Source: Phoronis australis | Lineage: Eukaryota; Animalia; Phoronida | Length of the DNA stretch: 64,000 bases | NCBI GenBank assembly: GCA_002633005.1 | Contig: NMRA01000224.1 | Location: 253,072 to 317,071 of the forward strand | Direction: 5' to 3' | Shown here: positions 25,401 through 36,289 of the stretch, one piece after another | How the letters are laid out: each line of letters begins with the position of its first letter | Numbering within the stretch: position 1 is the stretch's first letter | The notes under the pieces: generated by a model | Told to the model about the DNA's origin: nothing | Seen by the model: the letters and a program-made list of their open reading frames with translations, nothing else | The model's database searches: none | Made by a program: the position numbers and the translations under genes

Positions 25401-28400
25401 TGGGCAAGACCATTTATGGTGCCCTAAATATCCAAAGGGAATTTGATTTGGTTCTAGCACCCTCAACAAGTATTTTCCCCAATTTTGATTTATGTCCATT
25501 TTACAAAATAGTGAAAATTTTTTCGATGAACCTTCAGCTCTATTTGAGCTGAGTATTGGCAACATTTAATTCAGATGTTGTGTTTAGTAACGAGTGTATT
25601 CTCCTTTACCTGCAGCCTTGCCATACCTGTTTCTCATCTGGTCAGATACAGTGTGACCACTGTCTGGGTGCTGGAAGGGTAAGTACTTACCTGTCGCCAT
25701 GGTTACGTGATCTGTATACCACTCTGTCAGGCACTGGTGACATGTTTGTATGCCCAGGTACGTGTACGCACGTTGCCGTCATCTCTTTGCTGGCAGATGT
25801 CTTGCATTGTGCCATTTGTAGATGTTTTGAGAGTCCTAGACCTATTGTCACTCCGTCTTGGAGAATATTGTAAAAACAAGCAGCATTTACGTCGTTGCTG
25901 TTTGTGTGATACACACAATGTGGGTGAAGGTTAAAACTTTTTGCATTGGTCCTCTTGTTATAGTATGGTTGCGGTACATATCAACGATCATTTTGTTGTA
26001 GGTTTGCATAGAGTTGAGTTATTCATAGTGTATAACAGTATTGAATGCAGAACACATTTCATTTTTAAAATTTTTTTAGCTTTTTGAGTTTGATCTTGCA
26101 TTCTCATCTCTCTTATAAATCATAATCATCACCATTGCTTTTGCTACGTGATTAGTAATCATTGAATAATAAATGTGTAGTTTATATTGTTTTTTTTCCT
26201 GTTTTACCCAGACTTTCTGCCACCATTGTAATGGCAGGGGTTTTCATGAGCACTACCATGCTGATCACCACGGCGACCATCATCATGGACACCATCACCA
26301 TGGACACCATCACCACCAGCACTGTACTTGGTGTGAAGGAACTGGCAGGAGCAGGTTGGTGTCAGTTACAGGAACCATTGCACATCTACGTGTGCACCTT
26401 GTAACTACTAAGAGAACATAATGTCTCAAAATTTCAAGCCGGAAAACGAATACACAAACCAAGTTTATTAACACCATGGAGATACAGGCAAGATTGGAAT
26501 ATCTCCAATGATTTTGCAAATATTGAGGAGGAATCAATATCTTGACCATATCATACTCTTTTTTTAACGTAGAAACGGAATTAGCCACGTCTTCAGAAAA
26601 CATCTTTCCATGCTGCATATTTCCCCTCAAATGAAAAACTTATTTCCTCATCCACCTATAATTTCTTGGAGAAAATGTAAAAATCTAAAAAAATTATTTA
26701 GTTAAAGCTAATATCGACAATATACACCAAGCTGACAAACCTATTGGCAACACACAATGTAACAAAACTAGGTGTAAAATGTGCAACTTTATCAACGATA
26801 GCACTTTTTTCCAGTCTTCCCAAACCAATGAAAACTTTGAAATAAAACATATGATTATTCTGATTGCACCACCAACAATATTATTTACCTTATAACTTGT
26901 AAAAAATGTTCTATCCAATACGTAGGACAAACTCAACATAATCTACAAACTCGGTTTCGTAATCATAGATTGAACATAATACATAAAAACATTTCTGATA
27001 CTATAAATAGGTAATCATTTCAATTCCAAAAACCATAATATTCAAGATCTTTCTGTACAAATAAAAGAAAAACTCCAACACCCCAGTACCCCTCACAGAC
27101 TGAAAACAGAACAATATTGGATAGACAAGCTCAATACAATAGAACCTCTTGTATTGAACATAAAAACTTCGTAAAATATATCATTGAATTTTTTATGCAA
27201 AAATGTATCATATTCATTACACCATATCTTAAATGTCAATTGTCATATAGTGTTTGATTTTACTTTATTTCTGTTTCTGTTGACAAAGGATGTTATTACA
27301 TCCGAACATTTCGGTTGATCCATTTTTGTTGTTTTATTTACCTATTTATACTCTTTTTTGTAATTCATTTGTTGTAATTGTCTCTTCATTTTGCAAAAAA
27401 TAATTGCCAAATAGTCGTTTTTCTGTTTTTCAAAGGCTGGTTACCTTGATGCAAATAATCGCAACTTTTAATTACCAAATGCTGTTTCATTACAGTCTGG
27501 CTTGCATGCCATCTGTTGGCCACATCACTAGGTCATGTTCATTTGGTCACATGATGTGGCCAACAGGTGGCATATTTCCATTTTTTAAAGGCTGATTACG
27601 TTGTTACAAATAACCATAACTTTAATATGATGAATATTTTGAGTCATCCAGTTGAGTAAATAATATGAAAAAATAAATCAATCCGTAAGTCCAGTAATTG
27701 ATATATTTTTCATATTCACCATAACTTTACCAAATGTTGTTTTATGAAATCTAGACTGTTCAATCATGACTAATAATAGACTTAATTTTGATTCACGTTG
27801 AGAAATTTGACAAAATAAAATTTCACTTTTCTGTCAATGACATATTGTGTACTAAATTGGCAAAAAATTACAATCACTGATTCTACTGAGCTCAGATGTC
27901 TGGAAAATCTGCAAGTTCACAGTTTATTTTCCTTGAATTTCTGATAGTAAACCCTAATGATGTGTATTTTGGAAACTTCACCTTTTTACCTTGTTTCCGG
28001 TACCCCTAAAGTACACCTGGGCAAACATTTGGAAACAAGTGGAAAATAAATGGAAATGTCATCATAAAATATGTCGTGATGGGTGTTTGCTTTGTTGCAA
28101 ATATTCCTAAAAATGATGTTATGATTACAGAAGGGAATCTAAAGCAACTCACAGCAATAGTCGGATATAACGTGCTTGTATTTTTAGAACCATGCCAGTT
28201 TGTTGCAGCTATTCAGTGAGGAAAACTGGTTCTCAAAATTCGGGCACGTGATGTTGGACTATTATCGCAACTTTCTGCCTTGATGATTGACTGTAAATGT
28301 GAAAAAAGCCTTGTTTTTGACCAACACTTGACACTGGAAACCCTTCAAACTCTGAGGAGCAATATGAATAGTAGCTTTAAAAATAGACACGTGGGCCATT

Positions 28401-31228
28401 ATTTGGAAAATTTTATGAATACAGGCGTAAGTTTACCGATAGCATTCACTGTAAACTCGCAAGTCATTTTTGCAGGATCTCCACTAACAGAGATTTTCTA
28501 TCAAGAGAATGGAGAATTTCTTAGTCATGACAGTTTCATTCGTGATGTGAAATCGGACCACTTTTTCCCAATTCTGTAAATTCATTTCTGTTGTTTCGCA
28601 GGTGCCACAAGTGTAATGGTTTTGGAAGAGTCAAGTGCCATACATGTCAAGGGGCGTGTAACCTCAAGTGTTACATCAAGCTTACTATCAACTGGTGAGT
28701 GATGTAGTCTGTATATGATGCCCTCTGGGATTTGTTTCTGATCATGAAAAGTGTCTGATGGCTTATGTCAGAGCAAGTTAACCTACTCCACTTAACTATT
28801 TTAGAAAAGTAAATCACTATCTCAATTTGGCAATTTACAAACTAAGACTCCAAGAGTACATTCAAAATTACTGATTAGTCAGGCAGTTTGCTAAACTGTG
28901 ATGTCATTTTGGGCTTGGAAGGGGTAACTAGTCTGCATAGTGGCTCAGAATTTTGCCAAAGGTTGTAAGTCATAAGTGGCGCTCACAGGCAATAGGCCTT
29001 TTGATATTTTCTAACAACCATTTACAATGTCAGTGAAAGTAGTTCTTTTTAAACCTTGCTCTTACTTATACGAATGTCCTAGGTGGCCTGTGTACATAAA
29101 CACAGCTTAACAAAGGGCTTATGGTCCTGGCTGAGAAGATAATTGGTTTATTACCCCCTATTGGTTTTGAATAGCCCAGACCAGAATGGCGCTAATACTG
29201 AATTACAGTCCAAAATCTACATTCCGTAATAGTGAAGTGGGATGAAATTTGTGAATAAAGACTTAAGTCGCCTTTTCTGAAACGTAACAGTTCACATTCT
29301 GACTTGTTCACTTCCGATGTCATATTATTTGTGTGACTTCAGGAAGAACCACCTGTCGGACTATATTGTTGAGCGGACTGCTCTGCCTGACCACCTTATT
29401 CGCAACGTTCAGGGTCAGGTGGCGTTCACTGAGGAGCAACCCAGGGTATGTGGTGTATAGTGCTCTAACTGGTGTACAACTAGATCAGTATACAATAGGG
29501 CCGTCCCGGATTACACAGTGACACTAGAATCTCACTATATTTACCCACAATGCCGTAAACATACATCAGGTGCACTTGCTGCCTCGTTTTCGTACCACTG
29601 GAGTTTCACATGTTATTTGTTGTTCGATTCTTTACAAGTTTTTCTCGGTTGCATTACTCTATTCGTCCGTCCAATGCCAACAAAGTATTACTGCTGTGCT
29701 ACAGTGGGCTGAAACCCGACATGAGAAAGTTTTGTAAATTGGACAAATACCTGTGAATCCATGATCCAAAATTCTTTTAATAGCCTTTCCGACATCAATG
29801 AGAGACACGAAAATGTGCCTGATATCCGGAACGAGGTCACGCACTTTCTAATCTCCAAGATAAAGGAAAGTTCTATTGCCATGTAATTGGGGACGACCCT
29901 ATTGGAATACTGTTCATTTAAAGGGGCATTTCATCCCTTGATACACCTATTTCATCCCTAGATACAACTAAATGGATATGGAAAGGTTGGATAACCCAAA
30001 ACTTCATGTCGTTTGTTTACTTGTAGGTGCTCTTAATGGTTTGTTTGGGGTTAGCGGTCACTCTTTGTCATAACGTGGGAAAATTTGTTTACAATTAGTG
30101 AGGAAAGCGGACTAAATGTCATAAACTGTTCTTTTGTTTTCTTTTTGCATTGACCACTTTTCTGTATGCTAAAAAAGATTGTTTGTAAGTGCTTTAAATT
30201 TGTTTCCATTTACTGTTAGTGTTTGCATCTTTTTAATGTATTCCTGCCATTGATACAAAACGCTTTGTTTCCGTAGGTTTGGCCTATCAACCACTTTCCT
30301 GACCAGACTATCAATCAGAACTCCCAGAGACTGGTGAGGGAACATTCTACAGGCTTCCCTACGGAGAGAATCCTCATGCAGGTTAGACTTTCTGTCTAGT
30401 GGTAGTTACTTGAAAGTGTAAAACGGACATCGTTTACAATGTTCCACATGTTATTGTACAGGGTGTTCCAAAATGCTCTCACTTCAAGTCACAATGACTG
30501 CACAGCATTTGTTACTCAGAGGAGAAAGGTTATTAGTTTAATTTGACAAAGGAGCAAAAACAAATGTTTTGTTTTTATTTACTTGAGCAGAAGATTAGTT
30601 GTGTTTCAATGCGGGTAAGTGCTCCAATCTGCAGAGCATCCATATTTGTAGGGGAAAGTTGTCTGCGGGTAAAACTTAAATCGAGGAAGTGGGTTAAGTT
30701 GCTATACTGTTGTCCAGCTGTACTTGTTTGGCTCTTGTCCACACAGTTGCTTGTTCACACAATCATTTCCTATATATTATTACCTTGTAGTTACCTTAGT
30801 AAGAATTTTCCTTCTAAAACCTGCAGTTTTTTCAATTTTTTCAATCATCAAAAGGTGCTTCAAAACCAATGGATCTGATGAGGTCATGGTTGACTCTGAC
30901 ATTCAATAGACGTTGGCTTTGTCATCTGAAATGAATGGGAACAGAAAGCAGTTTACCAGGTAGCAGACGTCCTTAGGATGTTTGCATGTGGGATATCTTC
31001 ACTATTGCGCCATCTACTAAATTTCAAGATGCTCATTACCTTGTTTGACCTCTGCCTGACCTTGTGTGATTTTGATTGCAGCGCCACCAGGTGAGGATTA
31101 TCCCAGTGACTGAGGCCATGTACAAATGGAAGAACACCAACTCTAACTTCTTTGTCTACGGCTTCGAGCACGCGGTCCACGCCCCCGACTACCCCCAGCA
31201 ATGCTGCTGTGGCTGTACCATCCTCTAG
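1429..31228 (+). CDS. SSUH2: SSUH2 homolog (spliced, ~455 aa): Pro/Gly-rich N-terminus, DnaJ-like CxxCxGxG zinc knuckles, C-terminal CaaX
   Basis: Hand-spliced GT-AG exons with compatible phases: 1429-1436, 5217-5440 (or duplicate 10524-10747), 18673-18765, 22074-22146, 22858-22987, 23395-23580, 24806-24868 (or 25616-25678), 26212-26354, 28602-28694, 29343-29445, 30277-30381, 31082-31228. Total 1368 nt with no internal stop. Motifs ITEEDARSALL..CCYG, YTLESFGESR..GPWDI..VPHTASVK and FFVYGFEHAVHAPDYPQQCCCGCTIL match SSUH2. Confidence 0.9.
1624..1729. repeat. Tandem duplication, 54-bp period x2
   Basis: gattgagactgagaaagaatgccctaaggatactgcccactctgaggagtgt occurs twice. Confidence 0.9.
2560..3100 (-). 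mobile_element. Possible decayed LINE (CR1/L2-like) endonuclease fragment
   Basis: Weak resemblance of TGFRMPDINLSF...LNEYILNV to the APE-domain YRPP...GDFNI region; heavily degenerate. Confidence 0.25.
5217..5440 (+). CDS. SSUH2: SSUH2 Pro/Gly/Tyr-rich exon, copy A (YPGQNQQGYPAG...AVPPGAPQ)
   Basis: ttgtag| acceptor, |gtatga donor, open frame, phase 2 to 1, joins the 18673 exon in frame. Confidence 0.75.
5485..9327 (+). mobile_element. Kolobok DNA transposon derivative, copy A (left end + degenerate THAP), with Academ insertion; truncated at N 9328
   Basis: TTAA|AGGCGAAGGCAACC terminus; THAP-like ORF MSHCCCVPGC..HCFP..W..KHFQPSDY..RLKK from about 5750. Confidence 0.8.
6275..9327 (-). mobile_element. 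Academ DNA transposon derivative, copy A (truncated by gap)
   Basis: cca|TAGACCGGCAGC terminus; subterminal tandem arrays; minus-strand transposase remnants (LPGLHAMTGCDVT..KGKVRP; LPC..L...QAHYVALLW; YGW..DGYYTPEWF). Confidence 0.75.
9329..10245 (+). mobile_element. Right part of a second Kolobok copy: transposase remnant (+), KolX remnant (-), right TIR ending at TTAA 10246-10249
   Basis: Spans the Academ insertion site uninterrupted (gacac-cca-gtgaag); LFRKCQVCG..QWEC..GH..W transposase motif; its end is the reverse complement of the Kolobok left TIR. Confidence 0.75.
9615..9911 (-). pseudogene. KolX (P2X7 C-terminal/nanor-like Cys-rich) remnant of Kolobok
   Basis: Acidic N-terminus then YMFEPEY...RPGDTPWYKCTVCVVMPT, a frameshift, then CLRCSE; truncated. 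Confidence 0.7.
10524..10747 (+). CDS. SSUH2: SSUH2 Pro/Gly/Tyr-rich exon, copy B (allelic or tandem duplicate)
   Basis: Same 224-nt exon with intact splice sites and a few substitutions. Confidence 0.7.
11541..17994 (-). mobile_element. Academ derivative, copy B, with long TIRs and subterminal arrays
   Basis: cca|TAGACCGGCAGCCCAGAGCACTTAGCATAGATGAA...TTCATCTATGCTAAGTGCTCTGGGCTGCCGGTCCA|tca (3-bp TSD, one mismatch); PGLHAMTECDVTAAPYKKGKVRP motif at 16607-16530. Confidence 0.8.
13271..16432 (-). mobile_element. Second Academ family element nested in the first
   Basis: Perfect 17-bp TIR TAGTCGGTGGGCCAGAT/ATCTGGCCCACCGACTA; TAT TSD; empty site at 8315-8317 in copy A; Cys-rich CKCKKNMC..CC...CTEMCSCDNCSN remnant 14060-14170. 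Confidence 0.85.
18673..18765 (+). CDS. SSUH2: SSUH2 exon (GAGGDQPPAATAPPLEKMDQVAGYDNIGFTS)
   Basis: tcag| and |gtaagt, phase 1-1. Confidence 0.85.
18862..18925. repeat. 29-bp tandem duplication
   Basis: ctaaaatgagttgtggtacactaaatctaa x2. Confidence 0.85.
19224..19673. mobile_element. Palindromic MITE, ~205-bp arms, 5-bp TSD ACTAT
   Basis: ACTAT|CAAGGAACCTAAACTACACAG...CTGTGTAGTTTAGGTACCTTG|ACTAT. Confidence 0.85.
21480..21605. repeat. Short imperfect inverted repeat
   Basis: agtaaaactgaaatgacgagc..ggtactaaaata pairs with tattttagtacc..gctcgttattttagttttact. Confidence 0.55.
22074..22146 (+). CDS. SSUH2: SSUH2 exon (VMAPPSYDEAVQQGPPPSRGEVT), contains PPxY
   Basis: cctag| and |gtaagt, phase 1-2. 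Confidence 0.85.
22235..22532. repeat. Minisatellite, ~21-bp unit (caggatcatattgagacttat), about 14 diverged copies
   Basis: Directly visible. Confidence 0.9.
22858..22987 (+). CDS. SSUH2: SSUH2 exon (VPHITEEDARSALLNLVAQHCCYG...SSAFH)
   Basis: tgcag| and |gtaagt, phase 2-0, conserved motif. Confidence 0.9.
23395..23580 (+). CDS. SSUH2: SSUH2 exon (YTLESFGESR...VPHTASVK)
   Basis: ccag| and |gtacta, phase 0-0, conserved motif. Confidence 0.92.
24254..24315. repeat. 10-bp tandem repeat (cayg tgagaa)
   Basis: About six copies visible. Confidence 0.9.
24806..24868 (+). CDS. SSUH2: SSUH2 zinc-knuckle exon copy A (PCHTCFSSGQIQCDHCLGAGR)
   Basis: tgcag| and |gtaagt, 63 nt, phase 0-0. Confidence 0.75.
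25616..25678 (+). CDS. SSUH2: SSUH2 zinc-knuckle exon copy B (identical peptide)
   Basis: Copy 810 bp downstream with two synonymous differences and intact splice sites. Confidence 0.75.
26212..26354 (+). CDS. SSUH2: SSUH2 zinc-knuckle exon with His-rich loop
   Basis: ccag| and |gttggt; TFCHHCNGRG-(His-rich)-CTWCEGTGRS, phase 0-2. Confidence 0.88.
26430..27340 (+). mobile_element. Penelope-like retroelement 3' fragment (GIY-YIG endonuclease), decayed
   Basis: CNKTRCKMC...NIIYLITCKKCSIQYVGQT...RF.NH...HFNSKNH...EQYWIDKLNTIEP.VLN with frameshifts, 26740-27170. Confidence 0.85.
28602..28694 (+). CDS. SSUH2: SSUH2 exon (CHKCNGFGRVKCHTCQGACNLKCYIKLTINW)
   Basis: cgcag| and |gtgagt, phase 2-2. 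Confidence 0.9.
29343..29445 (+). CDS. SSUH2: SSUH2 exon (KNHLSDYIVERTALPDHLIRNVQGQVAFTEEQPR)
   Basis: ttcag| and |gtatgt, phase 2-0. Confidence 0.9.
30277..30381 (+). CDS. SSUH2: SSUH2 exon (VWPINHFPDQTINQNSQRLVREH...RILMQ)
   Basis: cgtag| and |gttaga, phase 0-0. Confidence 0.9.
31082..31228 (+). CDS. SSUH2: SSUH2 last coding exon (RHQVRIIPV...CCCGCTIL*)
   Basis: tgcag| acceptor, TAG stop; AATAAA hexamers follow near 31844, 32171 and 32318. Confidence 0.92.
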   Translation, partial: RHQVRIIPVTEAMYKWKNTNSNFFVYGFEHAVHAPDYPQQCCCGCTIL

Positions 31229-34200
31229 TGTCTACAAACTAGACGCCATGGAATAAGTCAAGTAATGACTTGTAGTGAATAGTACTTAGGTTGTGGTTGG
31301 CACGAGATGTCTGGACAGATACTGTGTTATTTTGTAACATGCCTGTGTGTCACTGGATGTGTTGTGCTTTTGTGCCAAATTATTCTAGCTCTAAACCGAG
31401 GCACGCGGTAATAGGCATTGATAAATTGCTTTGTTTTGTCTACATAATCGCAATCATTGCCATTTGTAAAGGATAAACAGCCATATTTAGACATGCAATT
31501 TATACGTATATTTTGTGATTTTGTGTTATTAAACTTAAGTCTCAAAGATTAGTTCATACGAGGAATTTCTTAGAGTAAGCCTCTACTGTTATATATCTTT
31601 GGGAAACTCCATAATTTTTACCTTTCTAGTATGCCCAAACATAAGCCTGGGCATACGTACATGGAAATGGGAGGCCCAATGGAAAATAAGACATCAACAT
31701 TGATTGACGACCACTATGTCTAGTTTCTAATCGAATACATATCAACCTACATTCAGAAATATACACTTTCTTAATGGAAAGTTTATTGTGCCAGTTGTAT
31801 TTTTAGTCTAGTTTATTTTGTGGGTAAATCTAAAATGTGCTGTAATAAACTCTCATTAAGTTTTGTTTTTATTTGACACTCGCTGACAGTGTCAGCCCTA
31901 CAAACTAGAAGTTCTTAATGGTTGCTCCAAAACTAGGACCATGGAACTAAATTAGAAATTTTTTAAATACATGCCCATGAGCTTATATCGGGGAGCTGTC
32001 TGTGGAAGTTTCCAATACTTAAAGTTGTATTTTTAACTGAGAAGAAGTTGAATCACAAATTTTTATTGTCTGTTCTCTCCAATCTGTGTTTAGTGTCGTG
32101 AGCTTATCACCTCAAATTGTGTTGGAGGTTGACAGTATCTAATGAACGTTGGTGTAAATGGAACAAAAAGAATAAACTGTGATGTCACTTGCTCACCAGT
32201 CCAGTAGTCGTTGCCAAAGAGATCATGTGGTTGATTTTTTAGGAAAATTCTGTTTGTTGCTATGTACAAGTTCTATGCTCTCGCAAGACTGGTGATGATC
32301 TGCGTATGAATTGCCATAATAAAAACATTATTTTATTTGTTTGAACGTTTTGAATACAATGAGCTTTCCTCTTGTCTTTGAATTAAGGGCACAAGGTATT
32401 TCCAATTCAGGGTACTTTCCTAGTGTCCACCAGGAGTCGCCTGTTGTGGCCCATTGTTTTGAGAGCCATGCTGTGTACATGGTGATGCAAATTGATGTTG
32501 ATACTGATCCAGGGATGGTTAGGAGGGGTTCAGACCCCCTTTTCAGTTATTTGTGTGTTGTCCTGTTAATGAACTATGAAGTGCTACCTATGTCTGTTCA
32601 CTGTCAGACTCCCTTGACATGATTCTGGATCAGTGCCTGTGCCAGATGTTATCTCACCCTGCTGTGTAAAACAAAAGGTTGTCCTAAATTATCAACAATG
32701 CAATGTTGAATTAATTTTGTATGTCCTTGTATGAAACGGATTATATTTAGTTTAATTATATTTCTTCTTGTTCTATTTCTTGTGTTGATTGTCACAATGC
32801 TTCTTATAAATATGTCCATTAAACTAGTGTTTTTTAAAATCAACTATAATTTATTATCTTCTCTTATTCCTATTGTGCATCCAAGGCGCTCAAACTTTCT
32901 CCAGTTAATATCTAATATTTCCATACCTCCACTTTTTGGCCATAACGTTGTGAGATGGTACTTTCGTCAGGAATTTTTTTAAAAGATATTTTGAAGCGCA
33001 GGTGCAGTAATTAAACACTAATTGATAGAACAACTCTCACCACAATTCACTGCTTTACTGGATAGTGTATGACCTGCTGTTAACTAAATGTAAGTCAACA
33101 TCAGGCGTGGAAATTAAGGACTAGGTGCGTTGCAAGCGTTAAAAATCATGAGTGACGTAAACGGTACATAAAACGCAGAAGCCAGTCCCGCACTTGTCTA
33201 GACATGGTTGCCAAGTGAAACGAACACTGTTACAATGTTTAAAATAAAAACATCGAGATCAAAGATACCATGCAGTTGGCGACAAGAATCAACAGTATGT
33301 GAGCGCTGGGTCTGCTAAACTGGCCTTCTTGAATAAGCGACGGTTTTTAAATAAGCGCAGGTTTGGACTAAGCGCCTTGTCAAATAATGTCTGAAAAAAT
33401 AAACATCTGGGCGTTAATACGTGACACTGAAGAATGTTTCACATCTCTTAATACATTGCAAGTGCCTTTCAGGGTTGGGCTGAAATGCGTTCAGCGGTCG
33501 CGATAACTCGTATTCGCCCATTAACCCGTTACAAAACGCGTAAATGAGCCGAAGTAAAACCCGCACGCGTTACTTACTGACAGATTTGGAATTCCATAGC
33601 TGGATGACGTTACACAGAAGTCACGGTATTTACCGTTTGACCAAATTCTAAAAGTGTAGCAAACAATCGAAGCACCACAATAAGTAACCTTAAATTTCAA
33701 GTTATAAGTTGTATTTCGACCACGTTTTCTTCACAACTAGTACAGCAGCGACACCGCGAGGAGAATTCTCCGAATAGCCCCATTGTTGCTTGGTCACATG
33801 TGGCTCTTTCGAAAATGGACTCCATTTTTTAAATCGCAGTAGAACAAGATGTGTGGAGATAGTAAACAAACAATTCGTAAAAAAACAGGCCCTACACACA
33901 GCTAAACAATAGAAAGTCCCGATTTAAAATTAATTCCACGATAACGCTTTTAATTCATGACGTCAGCTGATTGGTGACGTGTATAATCCTTTCAATTTCA
34001 AAAATGACCGGCAGACATCATTACAGCGTTCTGTCGTTCAGTAACTTTTCCAGACGTGAGGGGTTCTGAACGTGCGATAACATCTGGCTCCTTTGTTAAC
34101 TGCCCATCACAGTCTTTTGTCCCGTATGACAACAAGCAAGCCAATTATCTCCCCAGGCTTCAAAGGAACGTATGGTGGTAATCCGTTTGGACAGAATAGG

Positions 34201-36289
34201 TTGTCTTACTTCTGGTGTAGTTCTGAGTTGGGCGATTTCGGTGATTCAAAAACAGAACATGATCAGCATTTGACGAGAAATTCAGAAATGCTACTGGTTT
34301 AAGCTCAAATATGTTATAACTTAACTTTCATTTTTATCAGCCCAGCCCAGTCAGCCGGGCTAGATACGATCTGATCGGAGCAATTATCGAAAAAAAGAGC
34401 GCTGGCCCTCCAACCATAAATGCCAGAATGGAGTTAATCAGTCGTGGCTACGGGGGTAAACTTCCCAACTTGTTGTTGGGCTACAGAATCGAGCAAGCTA
34501 GTTGAGAGCAACGGGATGTCGCCGTCATGTTGTGCACAGTCTGTGGAATCATATAGAGACAAAAGTTTTTGGCAATGACAAGATTAGCTTACAATACTCT
34601 CTACCAAATTAGGAGCGAATAGTTGGCAAAGGCATTGCTGCGCGGGAAGGCACCGAACTTTCGACAGTATGCATGGGTAGTGAAATGGTTAGTGAATCGA
34701 CGGGTACATCGCGTTGTTACGCAGCGATATCGCAAAGTTGTCAAATGTTATGGATGTGAGGCATTCAGTGAATACCCCTAAGGTGTCAATCAAGTCGCAG
34801 AGAAGATTTAGAATGATGGAAACCTGAACAAATGTGAGCAAGTTTATGTTATAGAAGAAGAATGTAAAACAGAGCAAGGGGAGATCCTGCAGCTGCAGAA
34901 TTGCACCGGACATAACACTGTCACATCACCTTACAGCAAAAATTGCAAAACCTCAACTAGCCTTAAATCTACCAACAGTCTAGGTGCCCATAACTTCGAG
35001 GAGAAAATTCACACTGATGCCAATTTGAACGCCTATTCAAATTTACTTCCGGTTTATATGTAATTAAAGACGATTGCGTAAACGAGCAAGTGGTGATCGT
35101 GTAAGATAACAACGGACAAGATACGACCACATCGCGCGACAGCGTGGCCTCAAAAAAATTGTGTCGAAAGCTGAAAAAGACACCAGAGTCACTTCTTTTG
35201 GGATAAATATCGCTATGTGCCACGTTGTTTTTGAGGACAGAACGCCTCCTAAGAGAAAAAACGAATACAAATTCAACTCTGCTGCTGGACGTAACAATAA
35301 ATTATGCACACCATATCTGCTGAAAGGTAATGAATGGGAGTGATGGACCACATATCGCTTGAGCTTCGTGACGCGCCAAATTCGTATTCTAAAAGCAGAC
35401 GGTCAACCTTCTGACAGGAATTAAGAGGTCAAATGCCACATTTTACGCCAGCAATACAACAAAGAACGTTCGCATCCTCTGAGAGACAGCACATGGAAGG
35501 AGTGCAGCTTCTGGAACTGCAGTCACGTGACACGTTAATTACCGAGAGGCAAGAACTTATGCAGATTCCAAAACTTAGGCTACCTCCGGAGAGAAAAGGA
35601 AAGGAAGATGCAATACTTCCGGTCGACGGAAATCACGAGACATAAGGTTTACATAACTCTTGAAATAGAAGCAGTGGAAGAGGCAGATGACGCCTTCATA
35701 ACGGAGAGATTGATTGAAGATCACCTTGGCTAGTGTTAAGTTACCGTACCCTAGCACCTTGATGGAAGAGTAAGGCTTCGCGAGATTCCGCGAAATATTG
35801 CCGCGTAGTTTCAATGAGAGCACGTGATACAGCAATCGAGCTCTATCATGATACCTCCAAAGCGTAAAGAGCTTGATGACGTATTCCCGACATTAAGGTA
35901 GGAGATATACATCAAAAGATGATCTTTGAGAATTTGAAAAATGATAAAACACACTAACTTGCATCCCATTAGGTGTTTATTGCTTTTTGTTGGTCGCCGC
36001 GCCTCTTTATCAAATGGTGTTAATTTGCACGACCTCAGTTGAACAATCCTCTTTAGCGGAGGTACAAAACGCTTGGCATGATAAACCTACGTTTAGAAAT
36101 GTCAGGGACTCCACAATCAATCCATTGGACATACGTCACAACCACACCTGACATTTGCCTTCATCTTTGCCAATTTCTCGACTTCAACTCAATATGTGAC
36201 GATTCAAGTTTGCATGCATTATAATGATGGATTACTTTTGAATATAATATAGTGACTAATTAAATGTGACGAAGCAGTAAAAGGGCGTG

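Larger units (their letters stand above)
24493..25817. repeat. ~515-bp direct duplication (24493-25008 and 25303-25817) containing an SSUH2 exon, with N at 25009
   Basis: Near-identical copies 810 bp apart. Confidence 0.9.

Noticed and set aside
32650-33000. Hydrophobic 83-aa ORF (32731-32982) as a membrane protein
   Set aside because: AT-rich bias explains the hydrophobicity; it may be antisense of an old LINE fragment, but the evidence is too weak
34040-35900. Possible third gene between the two main genes
   Set aside because: Coding-like composition but frequent stops, no recognisable domain and no consistent exon chain; possibly a decayed element
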